Below are positions 34,403-39,675 of a DNA stretch of 39,675 nt, piece by piece. The notes under the pieces were generated by a model, which was not told the DNA's origin, did not search any database, and saw nothing but the letters and a program-made list of their open reading frames with translations. Position 1 is the first letter of the stretch; each line of letters opens with the position of its first letter. The DNA comes from Candidatus Aenigmatarchaeota archaeon (GTDB lineage: Archaea > Aenigmatarchaeota > Aenigmatarchaeia > CG10238-14 > SCSR01). The position numbers were made by a program, and so were the translations under genes. The stretch lies in assembly GCA_039090665.1 (NCBI GenBank), contig JAWCSL010000007.1, positions 1 to 39,675 on the forward strand. The letters are read 5' to 3'.

Positions 34403-36838
34403 TTAAAACTTTACTTCAAAAATTTTGACTTCAGGATTATAATACTTTAGCTTAAAGTGTTCAAGTTTTGGAATTTCAAACTCCTTCACACCTTCACCAT
34501 TGAAAAAGAACATGTTTGTGAAAACAGATTTTTCAATATTTTCATCCATAAAAATCACAAACCTAAAACTTGGATCAATAAAGACTAAACCGTTAAATGT
34601 AGCGTTCTCTATTCTTTGATTAATTTGTTGTCCTTGATAGAAGTAAATTATATCTTTAACTACAGCATTTCTTATTTTCTGCGCTGGAAGATTTAAAATA
34701 GCCACAAGTGTATTGTTTTTTTGAGTTATGTAAATTATACCATTGCCGTATTCCAAAATTCCTCTTTGTTGATTGAAATTGGTTAGTTCTAGCTGAATGA
34801 AGTTTTTTCCTTCACCTGTTCCATTTTTCTCATCATAACTTCCAAAATAACTTAGCCAATAGTATTTTCCTATCAAGTCTGAGCTTGCTATCACATACAT
34901 TTTGTTTGCTGGCTTACAAGGATCTTCTTTGAAAATATTGTCATAAATTTTATCTCCAAAAACTGACTTCACTTTTTCACATTGATCTTTTGAAAGGAAT
35001 GTATATTTCTTGAGGATTTCCACAGCTTCTGTTTCATTATTAGTAGAAAAAGCTCTTCCCATATCTCTTATCCTAATATCATGATTGTAAATAACACAAT
35101 CTTGAGGGCTGCAGTGTGCACCATCTGCCATAATTTTGAATGGATTGCCCTTATAATAGCTGTAACCTGCCAAAATGTGACCTGGATCCCACCATGTTGC
35201 AACGATAGTATCTTTATCACTATTTGCAACAAGCCAATCTAGAGCTTCATACCAATTGCTACTTATTTCCATTCCTGTTGCTTGACCTACTTGAATTGAA
35301 TTTGATAAAAAGAACAAAAGTTGGAAAACAAAAAGACCCAAAATTAGAAATTCAACTATTTTTTGTTCTTTTTTGTAAATTGCCAAAATTGAAATTAAAG
35401 AAATGAATAATAAAGCTGCTGTGTCGACTACAGTTTTAAAAAGAAGTTGTTGTAAGAAAATTAGAGAAATTAATACTATTATAAGAACTATTGAAGGATA
35501 TTTTTTATAGTTTGCTATCACATATCCGCCTGCAACAGCTGCTACAATTGAGAACTGTAAGCTAAACCTTACTCCTCTTGAAACCAATAAAAACATGCTT
35601 AAGAGCCAGAAGAAAAAGAAAACTTCTTCTATTGAAATCTTCTCTTTCTTCCAAACCTTGAAAAAAGCTATACCAAAAATACCAAATGAAAGAAGTGTGG
35701 GTAATAGACCTGTTCTACTAGCAACAGAAATGAAATATGAGAAAAGTGTATGTAAGACTTTTTCTCGTTTGAAAATTTCTATTGGCTGAAGTTCTGCGAC
35801 CGAAACATTTACTATAAGTGGTTTTTCAGGAACTATCACAAAAGCATGAAAAATAAAGTAAAAGAATAGTAATGAGCCAAAGAAAGAAAAGGAAAAGTAA
35901 AATCTTCTAGCAACATTTGTCTGTTTTTTTATGTGGTTAAAGAAGTAATAGGCAAAAGATCCGTTCCATGCCAAAAGAACTAATAAAACAAATACTCTTA
36001 TAACCAAACCTAAACCAGTGAAAGCAAGTCCACCAAAGAAAGATGTGAATTGAGTAGAATTGAAAAGGAAAAATGAGATTATGTTTGTTATTAGTGAAAC
36101 AATAAATATCGGCCAACCTGTTTTAGAAATTTCTTCAACTATTTTTTTGATCTCAAGTTTGAAAGAAAAAGTATGAATGAATTCTTCGAAAATACGGAAA
36201 AATGGTAAAATGAAAGTGAAAATAGTGAATAAAATAAGGGTTATCCAACCGCCACCCCAATTCCAGATGAAAAGCAAATTAGCAAGAACGGCAAAAATTA
36301 TGTAAATTGGTTTGGGATTTTTAAGTGCAACTAATGTAGCAAAAACTGAAAGAAAGAAATAAAAAACTACTGGAGTATCAGAATCACAATAACCTGCCAT
36401 ACTAACACCAATGAAAGAAGGTGTTAAAACTGCAAACAAAGCTGTAATTATTCCACCTAAATTGTTGCTCAAAAATCTGCCTAATAAGAAAGCTGGAATT
36501 GGTATTAGAGCAACCATTATAAGTGGGGAGAGGATTGCTGATTTCATGAAATCTGATGAAGTGAAAACATTCAAAACTTTATGGAAAAATATTATGGTAT
36601 ATGGCCAACCTTGGAAAGATCCAACCGGCCTACCTGGAAAAGAAAAGCTTTGAATGTCCCAAGCTATTAGCTTATAATTATTATCCAAAATCATCTTAGC
36701 ATATCTATAAAACCACCAAGGGTCATAATCTAAGACGGTTGGTGTATTTATTGTGCCTAATCTTACCCAAATAGCAAAGTAAATAATTATTAGTATTGTT
36801 AAAATTGTGAAAATTTTTGTTAAGTTTACTGTAAACAT
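34403..36838 (-). CDS. aglB: Oligosaccharyltransferase (STT3/AglB family)
   Basis: DYDPWWFYR, GYCDSD, SVAELQ, WWDPGH, DLIGK; many TM helices. Confidence 0.88.
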   Translation of the reverse strand: MFTVNLTKIFTILTILIIIYFAIWVRLGTINTPTVLDYDPWWFYRYAKMILDNNYKLIAWDIQSFSFPGRPVGSFQGWPYTIIFFHKVLNVFTSSDFMKSAILSPLIMVALIPIPAFLLGRFLSNNLGGIITALFAVLTPSFIGVSMAGYCDSDTPVVFYFFLSVFATLVALKNPKPIYIIFAVLANLLFIWNWGGGWITLILFTIFTFILPFFRIFEEFIHTFSFKLEIKKIVEEISKTGWPIFIVSLITNIISFFLFNSTQFTSFFGGLAFTGLGLVIRVFVLLVLLAWNGSFAYYFFNHIKKQTNVARRFYFSFSFFGSLLFFYFIFHAFVIVPEKPLIVNVSVAELQPIEIFKREKVLHTLFSYFISVASRTGLLPTLLSFGIFGIAFFKVWKKEKISIEEVFFFFWLLSMFLLVSRGVRFSLQFSIVAAVAGGYVIANYKKYPSIVLIIVLISLIFLQQLLFKTVVDTAALLFISLISILAIYKKEQKIVEFLILGLFVFQLLFFLSNSIQVGQATGMEISSNWYEALDWLVANSDKDTIVATWWDPGHILAGYSYYKGNPFKIMADGAHCSPQDCVIYNHDIRIRDMGRAFSTNNETEAVEILKKYTFLSKDQCEKVKSVFGDKIYDNIFKEDPCKPANKMYVIASSDLIGKYYWLSYFGSYDEKNGTGEGKNFIQLELTNFNQQRGILEYGNGIIYITQKNNTLVAILNLPAQKIRNAVVKDIIYFYQGQQINQRIENATFNGLVFIDPSFRFVIFMDENIEKSVFTNMFFFNGEGVKEFEIPKLEHFKLKYYNPEVKIFEVKF

Positions 36839-37884
36839 AAAATCATCTGTTTTTTATTTTTATTAGATATGTTAACCTTTTTCCGTATTAAATTTAAACT
36901 TCCTATGATTATTCCCAGACTCCAAGCAATGAGTCTTAAAACAAAAATCCCAAAATAGTAAAGTATGTCTTTAAATTCTTTTCTTGGTAGTTTACATATA
37001 CTTAAAATCCAAATACCAAGCAGAACAAAAATCGAAAATAATGCACACAACAACAAATAATCAAAAAAGATGGATAAAGAAGCAAAGATCAAAAAAATGT
37101 AAACTAAAATAATTTGAATGCCCATAGTAGGGGTGCTTACATGATCTCCCTTAATTTTGTCTAAATGTTTAAGATAAAGTAATGGTACAAAATTTGCGTA
37201 TTTGAATTGTTGTTTAAAAAACTTTTTCCAAGAAGATCTGTGATAATGGTAAATTTTTGCATTTCTTTGATATAAAATTTTGCCGTATTTTTTTGTTAAC
37301 CTATATCCAAAATCAGTATCATATACTACATCTAAATTTGTATCGAATTTTACTTTTTTCACTAATTTTGTTTTAATTAAAAGGTTCATAGTAGCTGCTC
37401 TTGAAAGCTTTTTTGGAAAGTGTTTATATCTTTCTAATAATTCATTCCCTATTATTTCTTGTAATTTGTTTTCAGGTTTTCTTGGATTCAAAACAATTCC
37501 AGCTACTCCCGAAATGTTTTCAACATTTTTTTCAATTAAAAAAGGTTTTACAAGTTCTATTAACCAATTTTTATCCGCAACACAATCTCCATCTATGAAA
37601 GCAATGTAATCTGTTTTTATGTATTTGATAGCATAATTATAAGCGGTTGGTGGATTGCTTTTTTTCCTTAACAGAATTATTCTTGGTTTTTTGATTTTTT
37701 TCTTAAAATCTATTAATTTTTCCCATGTGCCATCATCAGAAAACGCATCTACCACAAGAATTTCATATTTTTCTTTAGGATATTTTTGTTTCACTAAGGA
37801 GTTCAGACACAAATCTATTGTTTCCACATTGTTCTTAACTGTAAGCAAAACAGTTAGAGTTGGTAAACAATTTTTAAATTTCAC
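36826..37884 (-). CDS. GT2-family glycosyltransferase with C-terminal TM helices
   Basis: EILVVDAFSDDGT, AFIDGDC, YDTDFGYRL, FFKQQFKY. Confidence 0.92.
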   Translation of the reverse strand: MKFKNCLPTLTVLLTVKNNVETIDLCLNSLVKQKYPKEKYEILVVDAFSDDGTWEKLIDFKKKIKKPRIILLRKKSNPPTAYNYAIKYIKTDYIAFIDGDCVADKNWLIELVKPFLIEKNVENISGVAGIVLNPRKPENKLQEIIGNELLERYKHFPKKLSRAATMNLLIKTKLVKKVKFDTNLDVVYDTDFGYRLTKKYGKILYQRNAKIYHYHRSSWKKFFKQQFKYANFVPLLYLKHLDKIKGDHVSTPTMGIQIILVYIFLIFASLSIFFDYLLLCALFSIFVLLGIWILSICKLPRKEFKDILYYFGIFVLRLIAWSLGIIIGSLNLIRKKVNISNKNKKQMILCLQ

Positions 37885-37914
37885 AATTTTAGTATTGTTT
37901 CAAAATATAAATAG

Positions 37915-39426
37915 CTAGGTATTTCTGAAAATCAAATTCCACATTACTTTCAATATTTCTATAAACTCACTTACATTTTTAATTTCAAATAATCTTTTCA
38001 AAACATACGAAGGTCTTAAATAAAAAGAACGATAACACCAATTCACAAGTCTTTCCATATCTTTCTGAGAAAGATATGGCAATTTTATTATACCCTTCCT
38101 ATAGGGATCTGTTCCTACCCAATCTCTAGTTTTTGTTGCCAACCATCTATTTTTCTTAACAATTTCATAGTATTGAGTTGCAGGGTGTGGTGTTACTATA
38201 CTAAAAGATACATACTTCACATCTAACATTTTTAAAACTTCAAGTGTCCATTTTATGCTTTCTTTTGTTTGGAACGGACTTATACCTATCAAAACATTTA
38301 TCTTTGGCTCAATACCAATTCTTTTAAGCAAAAGGATTGCACCCATTTGATCTCCAACTGTCAATCCTTTTTTAACAAAATCTAAATCTTGTTGGTCAAA
38401 ACTTTCTATCCCCAAATCTATGTATTTGCAACCAGCATCCTTCATAGCCTGAAGGATTTCCTTATCTAAACACTCATCTGCTCTAGCAAGGCAACCCCAT
38501 TCCATTTTCAAAGGTTTCAACAATCTACACAGTTTAAGTATTCTTCTTTTGTATTTTGGTAATTTTGTAAGTGCAAGAAAATCATCATCCATTATAGCTA
38601 CTGCCTTGTATCCAAGTTTTTTCAACATTTTGAATTCTTTGAAAATATTTGCCACAGACCTGAATCTGACAGGAGGTTTTTTTGTTCTTGAAAAATTCAG
38701 AATTTTACCATTCTTTATTTTGCCTGTAGCTCTTCTTCCTTCTATTTCTCTTGCAAAAGTATATGCTGAAGGTATACAATAAATGCATTGAGCCCAACAT
38801 TGCCTGCTTGTAAGCATAGTGGCCACAGGCCTCTTTCTGAGTTTGGGATTAAAATACACCATTGGGTTTTTGATTAAATGTCTAGCTGGAAACGGAATTT
38901 TGTCCAAATCTTCAATTATGCCTCTTGGCGGATTGTCAATAATTTTTAATTTGCCTCTTGAAAATGTGCCAAAACTTAATCCTAAAACATTTTTTAAATT
39001 AAGTCCTTTCTCTAAATGATTTATGAGATCTAAAATTGTGAATTCCGGTTCACCTCTAACCACAAAAACTTTGTCATCAAAAATAAAGTCATATGGCTTT
39101 CTTGTTGGTTCTGGTCCTAAAAAAATTATGTAAGCATTTTTATTTAGCTTTCTTATCTTTTTCGCCCATTTTTTGTCTATTTCTTCTGACAAAAAAACTG
39201 TGAAAAAAACAATCGCATCAAAATTTTTAACATATTCTTCTAACCAATCTTTACTTTTTTTCTCTACAGGACAATCGACAAACTTAACTTCATGTCCATG
39301 TTTTTCGAGCATAGCTGCAGGATATAAGATATGAGATGGTTCTTGAAATTCTACTCCATAATTACATCCAAAATTCCTATCAGGCGCTCTTCCGTCAGCT
39401 GGTGGAATTAAGAATAATATTCTCAT
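37915..39426 (-). CDS. Cobalamin-binding-domain radical SAM protein
   Basis: N-terminal B12-type domain (LGPEPT, VVRGEPE), IPFPARHLI, TSRQCWAQCIYC, LGIES, TPHPAT; GGAGGT SD at 39435-39440. Confidence 0.88.
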   Translation of the reverse strand: MRILFLIPPADGRAPDRNFGCNYGVEFQEPSHILYPAAMLEKHGHEVKFVDCPVEKKSKDWLEEYVKNFDAIVFFTVFLSEEIDKKWAKKIRKLNKNAYIIFLGPEPTRKPYDFIFDDKVFVVRGEPEFTILDLINHLEKGLNLKNVLGLSFGTFSRGKLKIIDNPPRGIIEDLDKIPFPARHLIKNPMVYFNPKLRKRPVATMLTSRQCWAQCIYCIPSAYTFAREIEGRRATGKIKNGKILNFSRTKKPPVRFRSVANIFKEFKMLKKLGYKAVAIMDDDFLALTKLPKYKRRILKLCRLLKPLKMEWGCLARADECLDKEILQAMKDAGCKYIDLGIESFDQQDLDFVKKGLTVGDQMGAILLLKRIGIEPKINVLIGISPFQTKESIKWTLEVLKMLDVKYVSFSIVTPHPATQYYEIVKKNRWLATKTRDWVGTDPYRKGIIKLPYLSQKDMERLVNWCYRSFYLRPSYVLKRLFEIKNVSEFIEILKVMWNLIFRNT

Positions 39427-39450
39427 AAAAATTTACCTCCAATTAAAAAA

Positions 39451-39675
39451 CTATCTCAAAATATTCTTAAATACATTTTCAAGCCTATTAATTGTTTTTT
39501 CCACGAAAATTGTTTAGCTGTTTTTATTCCATTTTTCGACAATTTCTTTTGAAGTTTTTCATCATCTAAAAGTCTTAAAATTGCTTCTGCCATTTCTTTT
39601 GGTCTTCTTGGATGAACAACCAAGCAATTTTTACCATCATAAGCGTAATCTTCTGTTCCGTACCTAGTTGTTATC
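39451..39675 (-). CDS. C-terminal part of a GT4-family glycosyltransferase (partial at window edge; apparent 1-nt frameshift near end)
   Basis: ITTRYGTEDYAYDGKNCLVVHPRRPKEMAEAILRLLDDEKLQKKLSKNGIKTAKQFSWKK; as assembled ends at TGA 39456, while one extra A gives family-like TINRLENVFKNILR* ending 39451. Confidence 0.85.

Noticed and set aside
600..39019. Many short opposite-strand ORFs in the track (e.g. 600..923, 9282..9707, 14392..15499, 29614..30064, 33107..33532)
   Set aside because: Antisense shadows of well-supported genes, with no motifs
1..39675. CRISPR array, rRNA, inteins in RadA or NrdD
   Set aside because: No regularly spaced repeats or long GC-rich RNA segment seen; RadA and NrdD have normal length with no intein ends

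Overview
AT-rich archaeal window (HMf-type histone, RadA, RPA, eS1, uS15, Dph5, AglB, intron-containing tRNAs). The compact layout and gene set suggest a DPANN lineage, possibly Aenigmarchaeota-like; this is inference. About 1-18.7 kb is a large type IV pilus/Tad-like surface locus: a VirB11/CpaF ATPase and a TadC/ArlJ platform protein, followed by about 13 co-directional pilin-like genes. These include five 40-57 aa micro-ORFs missed by the ORF track, leaderless paralogs, a probable ATT start, a decayed duplicate and an 801-aa Cys-rich protein with hydrophobic hairpins. Paralogous 'YxLLxKSxILG' membrane proteins flank the locus. Next come dph5, a PP2C phosphatase, a Trm5-family gene and a frameshifted nucleotidyltransferase. 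tRNA-Leu(CAG) has a non-canonical 32/33 BHB intron and is followed directly by a 1.32-kb transposase-less element bounded by perfect 53-bp inverted repeats (candidate non-autonomous casposon derivative) carrying a frameshifted class III signal-peptide gene. The rest holds tRNA-Cys abutting cysS, nrdD/nrdG, a site-2 protease, the eS1-DHH-uS15-Bud32-RadA-RPA-histone block, and an AglB/GT2/radical SAM/GT4 glycosylation cluster running off the right edge.
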